64,000 nucleotides of DNA from a virus. The stretch is taken from the IMG/VR virus record IMGVR_UViG_3300047552_000910, positions 1 to 64,000 of that record. One strand, written 5' to 3'. Below, piece by piece: positions 46,989 through 56,581 of this stretch. Position 1 is the first letter of the stretch, and each line of letters starts with the position of its first letter. Under the pieces are notes generated by a model. The model saw nothing but the letters and a program-made list of their open reading frames with translations. It searched no databases and was not told the DNA's origin. Position numbers and translations under genes: made by a program.

Positions 46989-47972
46989 TTACTTGCGTTT
47001 AGCAGGCCCACCAAAAATACTAGTGCCTTTTAAATCAATTCCGTTTTTTGCAACACCGGCCTTTGTTTTTGGTTGAACTACTTTTGGTTGCGGTGGTGAT
47101 TTGGTACCAGATTGCCCAGGAGCACCAGTATAGCTCTTATTTCTTCGTGCAGCACCGGGCGAAATATGCGGATTTGGTATGGAAGCAATGTTAGCAGAGC
47201 TAGTTGCGCCTGCTGTAGCAGTTTCTTTAATGGGATTGCCCGGAACCGCAGTGTTTACTACTGGTTTTTTGCGAGTCATCGCTCCGGGTGTTGCTACTGT
47301 TAGTCCTGGAGCACGTAATCTGTACTTTTCATTAATATTTTCTACACGAGAGTCAAAAACTAAGTTATAGAATTGTTTATTACCGAGTCTATTTGCTTCT
47401 TTAATATAATACCGGCCGTGTTCTATTAAACCAGCTGCTAATGCATCGGGTCCAGACATTGAAAATGCATATAATGGGTTTGCAGCACTTGCAAACCTGT
47501 CTCTAATAGGTTTAAGTCCGGGTTCTGGGCCAAACGATAATATAAGTTTTGGTCCTTCAACAATATATGCAAATGTACTTTCAGGATTAGTCACTAACTC
47601 AGTAGCAAATTCTACGTTAAAGTTAATTTGCGAAGGTCGATTACCGGAAACTTTTGCGTACTCTTCCTCTTGGGCTGCTTTTTCTAGTTGTTGTTTCTCT
47701 AAGTGCTGATCCACTGCTAAACGAATATTAGCAGTTGCTTCTTTTCTAGTAGCACCGACTGCCTTAACTATAATTTTACCTTTTGGTGTAATTTTTTGTG
47801 CCCACGCATTTACTTGATTATTACTATCTGGGAACTTTTTGACAAAACAATCAAATTCGTTATACTTACCCAAGTCAATTTTCATCATGTTTTGTGGAAC
47901 GCTGTCCGGCTTCCATGCAACTTCTTCGAGGTCGGAATCGATATCCTCTAATAATAGTTCTGATATTTTCAT
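46989..47972 (-). CDS. Hypothetical protein, probable head-internal protein
   Basis: MKISELLLE start; IKETATAGATSSANIA motif. Confidence 0.6.
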   Translation of the reverse strand: MKISELLLEDIDSDLEEVAWKPDSVPQNMMKIDLGKYNEFDCFVKKFPDSNNQVNAWAQKITPKGKIIVKAVGATRKEATANIRLAVDQHLEKQQLEKAAQEEEYAKVSGNRPSQINFNVEFATELVTNPESTFAYIVEGPKLILSFGPEPGLKPIRDRFASAANPLYAFSMSGPDALAAGLIEHGRYYIKEANRLGNKQFYNLVFDSRVENINEKYRLRAPGLTVATPGAMTRKKPVVNTAVPGNPIKETATAGATSSANIASIPNPHISPGAARRNKSYTGAPGQSGTKSPPQPKVVQPKTKAGVAKNGIDLKGTSIFGGPAKRK

Positions 47973-47975
47973 TTA

Positions 47976-48242
47976 TTAAGTCTCCGAGTGGTTTCCAAAC
48001 CATAGTTCGAACCACTCCGGGCAACCTGGCTTGATATTTTGTTCTTTTTGAATTTGGCTTTTGTTAGTTACCTTAATTACCGGTAATTGTTGATTTTTAT
48101 AATCAGCTAACGCTTGTTCAGAACCCAATCCGCCTAATTGAGAAACACTTTTTAATTGATGTACAGGATCGTCGGGCGATAAGTAACAATCAGTTGGGTC
48201 TTCTTTGTGTAAGTCTGCCGTAGTAATTCTATATTGTTTCAC
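47976..48242 (-). CDS. Hypothetical protein
   Basis: 88 aa ending IKPG.PEWF.LWF. Confidence 0.65.
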   Translation of the reverse strand: MKQYRITTADLHKEDPTDCYLSPDDPVHQLKSVSQLGGLGSEQALADYKNQQLPVIKVTNKSQIQKEQNIKPGCPEWFELWFGNHSET

Positions 48243-48245
48243 TTC

Positions 48246-49277
48246 TCAGACTCCGTATTTGTTTTTATTTCGTTTTGCAACAGGACTTTTACTATTTGTG
48301 CTAGGCAATTCTTTACTGCCGGCAGTAGTACAACTTGACGATTTCACACCAAATGACTTTTCTGCACTCTTTCGAATTTCTTTATCTCCATCACTATAAT
48401 CAATCATTACAAGTTTAGATCCGAGTGGTCCTTCTTGGGGAAGATTAGAGGCAGGGCTGCGAGCAAGTGCTACACCAAATCGATAAGACAAATACGGATG
48501 ATTATTATTATCTAAGTGGGAGTATGAATGCATACCAGGTGTCGCATCTTTTACGCTATTTTTTAATTGCGTTTTAGCTTCTGATAAAGAAACTTCTAAT
48601 TCAAGAAATTTGTCTTTTAAAGATGGATTTGAAGAGATGTCTTCTTGTGCTTTTGCTCTTAGTCTTTCAAAGAACTCGCCTTGTAATCGGGTTTCTAGTG
48701 CTTGTTCTAATAAAAATACACCTAGATGAATAGTATCGGGATTATTCATCCATTTTTCAAATTGTTTATGTTTTGGAGAGTGGAAACCAACTTTATCAAC
48801 AAACTTAAACATTTCGGCGAAGCCAATGTTGGTTGCGTACACTGCTTCCAATAAAGAAAACTTTTTAGTTATTACTTTTTTTGTTTCTTTTATTGAAGGT
48901 ATTGAATTTGGTGGTTTTTCTTCTTCTTGATAGTGTTCTAAAATATCAGCTTTTAACTGCTTGCATACTTTAACTAATATTTTAGTATCTAATTCGTCAG
49001 GCAATTCTTTTATTGGGTATTCTCTTGTGTATTCATTGTAGCTATTAATTACTGCTGATTTAAAGATTGCAGAATTAAAACTTTTTTTACTTTTTAACGC
49101 AGCAACACATTTAACTACAACCGGATATAATTGATTACGATAAACTTTGTCGTTGTTATTCATGAAATAAACAAGATCATCAACTAAATCATAGTTTATT
49201 TCGTTCCCATCGTCTTTTCCCTCAATATAATCGGTATCGATAAAATGATTTTCGCGTAATAATTCTATAAGGTTCAT
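48246..49277 (-). CDS. Hypothetical protein, probable head-internal protein
   Basis: MNLIELLRE start; IKE/LLE/LSE motifs. Confidence 0.6.
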   Translation of the reverse strand: MNLIELLRENHFIDTDYIEGKDDGNEINYDLVDDLVYFMNNNDKVYRNQLYPVVVKCVAALKSKKSFNSAIFKSAVINSYNEYTREYPIKELPDELDTKILVKVCKQLKADILEHYQEEEKPPNSIPSIKETKKVITKKFSLLEAVYATNIGFAEMFKFVDKVGFHSPKHKQFEKWMNNPDTIHLGVFLLEQALETRLQGEFFERLRAKAQEDISSNPSLKDKFLELEVSLSEAKTQLKNSVKDATPGMHSYSHLDNNNHPYLSYRFGVALARSPASNLPQEGPLGSKLVMIDYSDGDKEIRKSAEKSFGVKSSSCTTAGSKELPSTNSKSPVAKRNKNKYGV

Positions 49278-49291
49278 ATTTAATCCGTGAA

Positions 49292-49357
49292 GTAACGAAC
49301 TTGCAAGTCAGCAGTTTAAGTATTTACCTGTTTATAAAAATCTTGCAAGTTCGTTAC
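49292..49357 (-). promoter_or_regulatory. Late-promoter-like motif inside a 16-bp inverted repeat
   Basis: GTAACGAACTTGCAAG (49292-49307) / CTTGCAAGTTCGTTAC (49342-49357) enclosing AACAGGTAAATA (49321-49332). Confidence 0.7.
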
Positions 49358-49364
49358 ATCCGAA

Positions 49365-50009
49365 TTAGTTGATAATAGTATTGATTTTTTTAATAGACTC
49401 GCCTAGTTGTAATTTTACCAATAAAAGTGTTTTTTCGTCTGAAACATAAAAGTATTTGCCATAAGTCAAATGCGGGTAATTTAATTGAAGAATGCTGCTT
49501 TCGGTCATTCTAATATTTTTATTATTCTTAGCCCAGTTAACAAATGTTTCGTTATTTGATTTCAAAGATTTCAAAGTTACTTTATAACCGAATGGTACAT
49601 TTGGCATTCTAATGGTGTCGGGCGATAGTGTTATTCCGTCTTCTGGTTTATGTATTTCTCTTACTCGATTTTTACACAAATCCATTAATTCTAAAATATC
49701 ATCGTATGAATTAGTATAAACCGACACATATCGTTCAACCCGCAAATCTATATCTTTAAATCCTTTCAAACAACGGAGGAATTTTAATGCAAATTCTTTA
49801 TCAGCTGCGGTATTAATATGATTATATTTCCAAATACTTAATTGGAGCGGCTTAGGATTGTATACGGTGGTGGCTAATAACCGTTCTATTGAATCGAAAT
49901 CTGGCTTTTTGTTAACCTTTGAACGAAATATTCTAGAGCCAGGACAATCGATTACAATTTTAAATTGATATTGATTCTTGTACAGTCGTCTCATCGGAAA
50001 AAATTTCAT
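49365..50009 (-). CDS. Hypothetical protein
   Basis: 214-aa ORF. Confidence 0.65.
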   Translation of the reverse strand: MKFFPMRRLYKNQYQFKIVIDCPGSRIFRSKVNKKPDFDSIERLLATTVYNPKPLQLSIWKYNHINTAADKEFALKFLRCLKGFKDIDLRVERYVSVYTNSYDDILELMDLCKNRVREIHKPEDGITLSPDTIRMPNVPFGYKVTLKSLKSNNETFVNWAKNNKNIRMTESSILQLNYPHLTYGKYFYVSDEKTLLLVKLQLGESIKKINTIIN

Positions 50010-52263
50010 GTGGTACCTTATTAAGTTGTGGTTTAATTCTTTTAGCCTTTCCGACTAATATTAGTTTATTGTTAGATGCATCGGTAGTAATATTCAACAC
50101 CCCTCCATTTTTAAGATTGCCGTAGAGGAGCATTTTAGCCAATTCACGCTTAATTTCCTTGTCAATAACGCGGCCCAACGGCCTTGCTCCCATTTTAGGA
50201 TCAAATCCTTTTTCTAAAAGCCAGTTAGTTGCTTCGTTGGTAAGTTTGATAGTAACACCTTTACTCTTTACTTGCCCTCTTAGTTCATTAATAAATTTTT
50301 CAGTAATAAGTTTCATTGTATCAACATCGAGCTTGTTAAACTGAATAATGCCGTCTAATCTATTTCTAAACTCTGGCGGGAAAAATTGTTTTAATTCAGT
50401 ATCTTCGTAAGTAGCTTCGAAGTTAGTAAATCCGATATGATTCTTTTCAGAAGCTTGCGCGCCTGCATTAGTTGTAAGAATAATAATAAGATTTCGGCAA
50501 TCTGCTTTCTTGCCATTCGATCCAGTGATTGACCCAGTATCCATCATTTGCAGCAAAATGGTTGATACATCCGGATGACTTTTTTCAATTTCGTCTAGTA
50601 GCAAAACTGCATTAGGATGTTCTTGAATTTGTGTAATCAGTACTCCGGCATTATCATCGAATCCAATATATCCGGGCGGACTACCTAATAATTTACTAAT
50701 ACTGTGTTTTTCTTGGTATTCCGACATATCTAACCTAATTAGTTCGACGCCAAGATGTTTAGCTAATGTTTTTGCAAGGATTGACTTTCCAGTACCTGTT
50801 TGGCCGGAAAATACAAAACTACCAACTGGTTTATGTTCTGGTTTTAATCCTGCTTGTGATATAGTAATAATGTTAACCAATTCGTCGATAGCAGTTGCTT
50901 GTCCGAATACTTCCGATTCTAACTTCTCCTTCAATGTTTCAATTTTATTATCTTGAGTCTCCATAATTTGCTCTTTGGGCAAATTGACCATTTTTGACAG
51001 TTCGTATTGGATATCTTCTTCTTCTATCACACGATGTTCTGTTGTTTTTAAATTAAACCTAGAACATGCGCAATCGATTAAATCGATTGCTTTATCGGGT
51101 AATTTTTTATCAGCTTGATACTTTACAGAAAGATCGATTGCTGCTTGCAGTGCAGCAACTTTAATTTTAACTTTATGAAATTGTTCGTAGTACTTCTTAA
51201 TACCTTTAAGTATTTCCAATGTCATTTCGGGGGACGGTTCATTTATTGTAACACGCTGGAATCTCCGCATTAATGCACGGTCTTTTTCGAAGTGTTTACG
51301 ATATTCTTCCCATGTAGTAGACGCGATTACTTTGATATTGCCTTTACTCAATGCAGGCTTCATCATATTCGCTAGGTCGTTTGATGAGTTGCTGCCCGCA
51401 CCTGCTCCGCTCATCATATGAGCTTCGTCTATTGCTAATATCGTTTTCCCTTGCTTTTGTAATGCAGCCAATACCGCTTTAAATCGTTCTTCAAATTCAC
51501 CTCGGTATTTGGATCCTGCTAATAATGCAGATATATCTAAATTGTATACAGTATAATTTGTTAAAAATTCAGGTACCAGTTTATTAACAATATTATAAGC
51601 AAGCCCTTCTAAAATTGAAGATTTGCCTGTACCTGGGTCGCCAACTAAAATAATAGAATTTTTAGTTCGTCTGCCCATAACTAATGCCACAGCAGTGAGT
51701 TCTTCTTCTCTGCCAATAACAGGATCAATTTTTTTGTCTTTAGCTAATTGGTTTAAGTTTGTAGTAAACGCCATTAATGCTTTTGAACTTCGGGCATCTA
51801 CTTGGTTATTATCAGTATCGCCCGTATCATTATTTGTAATACCTTCAATATAATCGTTAAATTTTGCCTTATCGATATTTGCGGGAGAGATATAATAATG
51901 AGCCCAAGTTTTTGTTTCGCTCATGATAGACAATAATACATCCAATGTTTCAATTTCTTGTCGGCCATTGAATAGTACTCGAGTAAATGCTCGATTTAGT
52001 ACCCTAGCAACTGCTTGGGTTTTTTTAGGCTTAACTACTTCGGTTACTGTGATTTCACTACATTGCGTTTTTAAATAATTAAGTACCGTGTCACTTAATT
52101 CTTGGGGATTTATTCCAAATTCTTGTACAGAGTCAATCACAGTTGACTCTGTTAATGATGCAAATAACAAATGTTCTACGGTAACATATTCATGATGTAA
52201 GTTTTGTGCAGTATCGATTGCTTTATCAAAAACTGCCTGTACATTTTCACTGAGTTTAACCAT
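49960..52263 (-). CDS. clpA: ClpA-like AAA+ unfoldase
   Basis: Clp N-domain (HEYVTVEHLL), DPVIGR, two Walker sets, DMSEY, GSPPGYIG, IGF loop, GARPL; no ClpB M-domain. Confidence 0.93.
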   Translation of the reverse strand: MVKLSENVQAVFDKAIDTAQNLHHEYVTVEHLLFASLTESTVIDSVQEFGINPQELSDTVLNYLKTQCSEITVTEVVKPKKTQAVARVLNRAFTRVLFNGRQEIETLDVLLSIMSETKTWAHYYISPANIDKAKFNDYIEGITNNDTGDTDNNQVDARSSKALMAFTTNLNQLAKDKKIDPVIGREEELTAVALVMGRRTKNSIILVGDPGTGKSSILEGLAYNIVNKLVPEFLTNYTVYNLDISALLAGSKYRGEFEERFKAVLAALQKQGKTILAIDEAHMMSGAGAGSNSSNDLANMMKPALSKGNIKVIASTTWEEYRKHFEKDRALMRRFQRVTINEPSPEMTLEILKGIKKYYEQFHKVKIKVAALQAAIDLSVKYQADKKLPDKAIDLIDCACSRFNLKTTEHRVIEEEDIQYELSKMVNLPKEQIMETQDNKIETLKEKLESEVFGQATAIDELVNIITISQAGLKPEHKPVGSFVFSGQTGTGKSILAKTLAKHLGVELIRLDMSEYQEKHSISKLLGSPPGYIGFDDNAGVLITQIQEHPNAVLLLDEIEKSHPDVSTILLQMMDTGSITGSNGKKADCRNLIIILTTNAGAQASEKNHIGFTNFEATYEDTELKQFFPPEFRNRLDGIIQFNKLDVDTMKLITEKFINELRGQVKSKGVTIKLTNEATNWLLEKGFDPKMGARPLGRVIDKEIKRELAKMLLYGNLKNGGVLNITTDASNNKLILVGKAKRIKPQLNKVPHEIFSDETTVQESISI

Positions 52264-53111
52264 TAATTTTTCCCTAAGTAGCTGTTAAGTTCTAGATTTA
52301 ACGTTTGGAGCTTATCTAACATCGTTTTATCTGTAATTTGCGGAGTTTTAATTTTTACAACACACACCATTCTACCTATTTGATTATTGTGTGGGTTTTT
52401 AAACCCGTAGTTTGGCACTGCTAATTTTGTGCCTGTTTCCGCACCAGGGTGGACTTTTAACAAAATAGTTTTATTGGTTATAGTTTTAATTTCTTTACTA
52501 GTGCCGATAATTGCTTCTATTGGATTAATCGTTACTTCGGTGTATATGTCGTCATCGTGCCGAGCAAAATTTGTGTCAGGCAATACCAGAATTGTTAAAT
52601 TAAGATTTCCTCTGGGGATATTTGGTATAGTGTCGTCACCAAGTCCATTGTATCTAACTGTTTCGCCGTGCGAAACTCCAGGAGGGATAGTAACATTGAC
52701 AGTATGCTGTTTATTAAACAGTTGGAATGTTGCTTCTATTTCTTTTCCTAAATAAGAGTCGAGTAATGATATTTGGCACCTAATATTCACATCCCTATTA
52801 CGTGGTGCTCGATTATTCTGCCGGCGAATATTTCCGAAGATATCGCCAAACGGGTTGTGGCCGTTAAATAAATCTTCGAAATTAATATTAGAAGTATTAA
52901 ATTGTGAATAACCGCCAGCCCGCATTGCATCATATTGCGCTCGCTTATTAGAATCACTAAGTGTTTCGTAAGCATGGTTAACACTTTTAAATGTTGCTTC
53001 GTCGCCGCCCCTGTCAGGATGATGTTTCATTGCTGCGGACTTAAATGCTTTTTTAATTTCTTCTTGCGAAGCAGACGGTTGTACGCCTAATGTTTCGTAA
53101 AAATTATCCAT
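52263..53111 (-). CDS. dnaJ: DnaJ class II (CbpA-like) co-chaperone
   Basis: J-domain with HPD, G/F region and C-domain, no Zn finger; start MDNFY at 53111. Confidence 0.9.
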   Translation of the reverse strand: MDNFYETLGVQPSASQEEIKKAFKSAAMKHHPDRGGDEATFKSVNHAYETLSDSNKRAQYDAMRAGGYSQFNTSNINFEDLFNGHNPFGDIFGNIRRQNNRAPRNRDVNIRCQISLLDSYLGKEIEATFQLFNKQHTVNVTIPPGVSHGETVRYNGLGDDTIPNIPRGNLNLTILVLPDTNFARHDDDIYTEVTINPIEAIIGTSKEIKTITNKTILLKVHPGAETGTKLAVPNYGFKNPHNNQIGRMVCVVKIKTPQITDKTMLDKLQTLNLELNSYLGKN

Positions 53112-53163
53112 ATTTGTAAACCGTAGATTTTGAAAATGCAAAGTATGTTAAGTATATAAACAT

Positions 53164-53192
53164 ATGATATAACATACAAAGAAAAAAGTCAA
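53164..53192 (-). promoter_or_regulatory. Sigma70-like promoter upstream of dnaJ/clpA
   Basis: TTGACT-N17-TATCAT. Confidence 0.6.
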
Positions 53193-53200
53193 GAGTAGTA

Positions 53201-53428
53201 TTACTTGCCCGATACTGGGGTGCCTTCGTGTTTTTGGTGCAGTTTTATTGTTTTACACTGTTCAACTAATTGACCTTGTTTATTTTTTACTGTTTCACAA
53301 ACTTGTTTTGTGGAAGATGCATTAGTTGGAGATTGTTTAGTATTAGTTGGCGGAGTGTTGCCAGTATCTTCTACACAGCCCGTCAAAAGCAGCATAGTTA
53401 TTAATAGAATTTTCAAAGTTGAAGCCAC
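53201..53428 (-). CDS. Small lipoprotein
   Basis: Lipobox LLTGC after a basic/hydrophobic N-terminus; two further Cys. Confidence 0.7.
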   Translation of the reverse strand: MASTLKILLITMLLLTGCVEDTGNTPPTNTKQSPTNASSTKQVCETVKNKQGQLVEQCKTIKLHQKHEGTPVSGK

Positions 53429-53433
53429 TGATA

Positions 53434-53847
53434 TTAATCCTCCTGCGTCGGTTCGTATTTTACATGTTTTCGTGGAGAGTCGCGTTGCTCGTCGTGATAT
53501 GCTCTATAATCCGCGTCTTCGTCATCTTTATCTTTACTTAATGCTTTACCAATGAGGGCATTAGCAACCCATGCCCCCATGTAGCCAATAAAATACCATT
53601 CTGATAAGTTATCAGATATTATCAAATATACAAAACCCCAGGTACTAACAATCCATGCTCCGAACCTAGAAATTTTTCTTTCGTTTAATTTACCGTTAAC
53701 TGCTATTAAATCTATTACTTCTATATCGTTTTTATTGTTTCTGTTTTGTGCCCATAAAAAAATGATTGTTCCTAGGACAAAAAAACCTAAAATAATATAC
53801 ATTATATCATTTGAGGTTAATAGTCCGTTGACGATTTTATCGAACAT
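53434..53847 (-). CDS. Putative holin
   Basis: Three hydrophobic segments and a charged C-tail, within the lysis cassette. Confidence 0.55.
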   Translation of the reverse strand: MFDKIVNGLLTSNDIMYIILGFFVLGTIIFLWAQNRNNKNDIEVIDLIAVNGKLNERKISRFGAWIVSTWGFVYLIISDNLSEWYFIGYMGAWVANALIGKALSKDKDDEDADYRAYHDEQRDSPRKHVKYEPTQED

Positions 53848-54110
53848 TATTTAACAGAATCGAATATTTTCTTTTGTTCTTTATGCCAGGCAATCCAAGC
53901 ATCGACTTTTAAACTGCATTCATAGTATTTAGAATAGTTTATAGTAACTACATCTAATACTTCACTTAACTTTGTTGTTTTATTATCAGTTAATACCAAT
54001 TCTCCGCACGGAGCAGTTAAACTAGGCGGAATATCTGGAAAATTTCTATTAACAGGGGCAGTTAGGCACCCACTTAATAGCATACACGGTAAAATGATTA
54101 AATATTTCAT
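53847..54110 (-). CDS. o-spanin (Rz1-like lipoprotein)
   Basis: Lipobox LSGC, P..PP.L..PC, Y.EC. Confidence 0.8.
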   Translation of the reverse strand: MKYLIILPCMLLSGCLTAPVNRNFPDIPPSLTAPCGELVLTDNKTTKLSEVLDVVTINYSKYYECSLKVDAWIAWHKEQKKIFDSVK

Positions 54111-54541
54111 TTCTTTTTTGGTTTTTTTGCCGAAGAATTAAGAATATCAACTACTTCGGGTGAAATTGTACATTTAGCATCTATTTTTGAAGAAACGTTT
54201 CGTATTTGTGCCTGGAGAGACTGCCGCATTTCTGTAACAGACTGTAAAGCAGCCATAAATTCATGATCTATCCTAGAATTAGCCTCCTCGGCTTGTTTTT
54301 CCGATATTGCAATCTTTAATTCTAATTCTGCAATCGCTGCTTTATATTCAGCGTCTTTTGCAATGCCGCCTTCGTACCACACGCTAATAACAGTCAGTAA
54401 AATTCCTAAGAGTTGAATTGGTAAGTTATACGTCGAAATAAAAGGTACAAATGTTAGTACAATGCTAGCAATTATCAGCAAAATGCCAATAATTAACATT
54501 ATATGAACTACAAAAGCAGGTAAAAAGTTTAAAATCCACAT
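54107..54541 (-). CDS. i-spanin (Rz-like)
   Basis: Start MWILN at 54541; N-terminal TM segments, coiled coil, C-terminal Cys. Confidence 0.75.
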   Translation of the reverse strand: MWILNFLPAFVVHIMLIIGILLIIASIVLTFVPFISTYNLPIQLLGILLTVISVWYEGGIAKDAEYKAAIAELELKIAISEKQAEEANSRIDHEFMAALQSVTEMRQSLQAQIRNVSSKIDAKCTISPEVVDILNSSAKKPKKK

Positions 54542-54542
54542 T

Positions 54543-55172
54543 TTAAGCAAGTATTTGTTTAATTTTTTGATACAATTCCAATCTAGAATTGAGTCCAATT
54601 GTGCCACCGTTAATTTTCTTTGTTAACCCGAGCATATCTCCCTTGTCAGCTAATGGATTTAAGTTATTTTCCTCCCAAAACCAAGCTGCTGCTTGTATTG
54701 CTCCTTCGTATGTGCCTAAATAAGCAGGTATTTCTTCTAATGGAGTATCGATTGATTGTGCAAACGCTTTATAATTATTTTTGCCTGTTATTTGTAAAAT
54801 ACCTCGCCCACGATATCGATATCCATCTCCGGATGCTTCATCACCATTACCCATTCTATTACTGTATACTTTATTAGCAATTTTTTCTGGTTTATGAGCA
54901 TATCGATTTGCGTCTGCTAATGTAGGAAAATACTTAGGGAATACTTTTCTTAACGTTTCTGCCCGATAATTTAAATTTTCTGATAATACTGTGAAATTTA
55001 TGCTTTCATGCGCAGTTTGCGCTAAAAATGCTGAGACCCGTGGTTTAGTATTGATCTCATAATCAGGTAATATTTTGATTAGCGCAATATACCATTTATC
55101 TACATTATTATTACCCGCTAAAATTTTTGATAAATCAGCAATGCTAAAATCGAAGTCAAATTCCGTAGTCAT
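54543..55172 (-). CDS. Endolysin, GH19 chitinase/lysozyme-like
   Basis: AFLAQ.AHES, ENLNY, GDGYRYRGRG.LQITGKNNY, INGG..GL..R. Confidence 0.92.
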   Translation of the reverse strand: MTTEFDFDFSIADLSKILAGNNNVDKWYIALIKILPDYEINTKPRVSAFLAQTAHESINFTVLSENLNYRAETLRKVFPKYFPTLADANRYAHKPEKIANKVYSNRMGNGDEASGDGYRYRGRGILQITGKNNYKAFAQSIDTPLEEIPAYLGTYEGAIQAAAWFWEENNLNPLADKGDMLGLTKKINGGTIGLNSRLELYQKIKQILA

Positions 55173-55903
55173 ACTTTCTCCAATGCTACTGCATAATTAT
55201 TTGTTTCAAAGATGTATGTATTATTAATTTTATTAATATTATACGGACCAATATATTTGGTTAGATATAGTACATCAGCTATATCTTTATGTTCTAACAT
55301 AATAGGTCCTTTAATTTTACTGTATACTTCTTTTGATGTGCCGCTTGTAATTATATTAAACATTATTGGTGATTTATTACCGTTTCTAAATATAATAGAC
55401 TCGTCTAATAGTGTAATATCATCGACAAAGCTATTATCAAAGAAATTAATAAAATTTTCTAATACATTACGATTAGTAGCATCTTCATATTGGTTTTTAT
55501 CTAAAGGAACTACTTTTATTAAATTTTCCTTAGTGGCTGCATGGCTTTTAAAATTTTTGAAGTATCTAAACCGCATATCTTCGATACCTGTTAGTTGTTC
55601 AATACCTTTTAGTAGTTTTAAGATATAATCAACTGCATGACGATTTCGTTCAAGCTCGACAAATACAATATAATCACCGTCATCTGTTTCCCCGGCACTA
55701 ACATCGGCATCCAATACAAAATCATACCCCATTTCTATAAAGTTTTCTAGATCCTTAGCAGGATCTTCGTATTGAACTATAAAGTTCAGCACCATAATAT
55801 CTTCATCATCGCCAATTTTGCTCTTATAAGCATCTATGCCAAAAACTTTTTTGACTAAATTATTAAGATCGTTTGCTCGTAAGTTTTCTACAATTTTTGT
55901 CAT
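55169..55903 (-). CDS. Conserved hypothetical protein
   Basis: 244 aa, ID.YKSKIGDD..I.VL.F. Confidence 0.65.
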   Translation of the reverse strand: MTKIVENLRANDLNNLVKKVFGIDAYKSKIGDDEDIMVLNFIVQYEDPAKDLENFIEMGYDFVLDADVSAGETDDGDYIVFVELERNRHAVDYILKLLKGIEQLTGIEDMRFRYFKNFKSHAATKENLIKVVPLDKNQYEDATNRNVLENFINFFDNSFVDDITLLDESIIFRNGNKSPIMFNIITSGTSKEVYSKIKGPIMLEHKDIADVLYLTKYIGPYNINKINNTYIFETNNYAVALEKV

Positions 55904-56491
55904 TTACATCATTCCTGGAACTGGTGTGGGCGGCATGCCTCCTGCAACGGGCGCGCCGGTTGGAGAAGGTGGCATTCCTGGTACAGGCGGCGTGGGTGGT
56001 ACTGGTGCATTTCCAGGAGCCGCGATATTATCAACAGGTGTACCCAACGATTCTTCGTTGTCATTGCGTAATTTGTCCATATAGCCTTTATACATATCAA
56101 ATGCCAACTTTTTAGGCATCATAATATTAACAAGCCAAATTGGCTTACGTTCTAATTTTCCTTTTTTAGTTCCTGGCCTAAAATCGTTTTCGGTTTTAAT
56201 CGGAACTGGTTCTATCAGGTGTGATTGTTCGTACTTAACCTTGCAGCCGATATCTAGTAACCGTTCGGCACCTGTAGGGTCAGGCATTTTTAATTTTGGC
56301 CACATAAATGCTACAGATATCCAATGTCTGTCTACTTGCGGACCATATGCCAATTCACCGTCTTCCCAGTTATCATAAGCATAAATATCCATTTCATCTA
56401 ATACTCGTTCGAAGTCTTTTAAAACAGCGAGATTAGAGTTGTTTTCGTATAAATCTTGTATATTTTCAATTACATCTAGAATGTCGTGCAT
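55904..56491 (-). CDS. Conserved hypothetical protein with Pro-rich tail
   Basis: DFERVLDEMDIYAY.NW..GEL..GP. Confidence 0.65.
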   Translation of the reverse strand: MHDILDVIENIQDLYENNSNLAVLKDFERVLDEMDIYAYDNWEDGELAYGPQVDRHWISVAFMWPKLKMPDPTGAERLLDIGCKVKYEQSHLIEPVPIKTENDFRPGTKKGKLERKPIWLVNIMMPKKLAFDMYKGYMDKLRNDNEESLGTPVDNIAAPGNAPVPPTPPVPGMPPSPTGAPVAGGMPPTPVPGMM

Positions 56492-56516
56492 AATTAATCC
56501 TGTTGAGCATTATGAG

Positions 56517-56528
56517 TATTTACCTGTT
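56517..56528 (-). promoter_or_regulatory. Late-promoter-like motif
   Basis: AACAGGTAAATA, 26 nt before the ATG. Confidence 0.7.
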
Positions 56529-56546
56529 TCGACACGCTAGTCGTGG

Positions 56547-56575
56547 AAAAAGGTGAATGTATGCATTCACCTTTT
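56547..56575 (-). terminator. Rho-independent terminator
   Basis: GGTGAATG-cata-CATTCACC followed by TTTTT, after the clamp-loader gene. Confidence 0.8.
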
Positions 56576-56581
56576 AATTTG

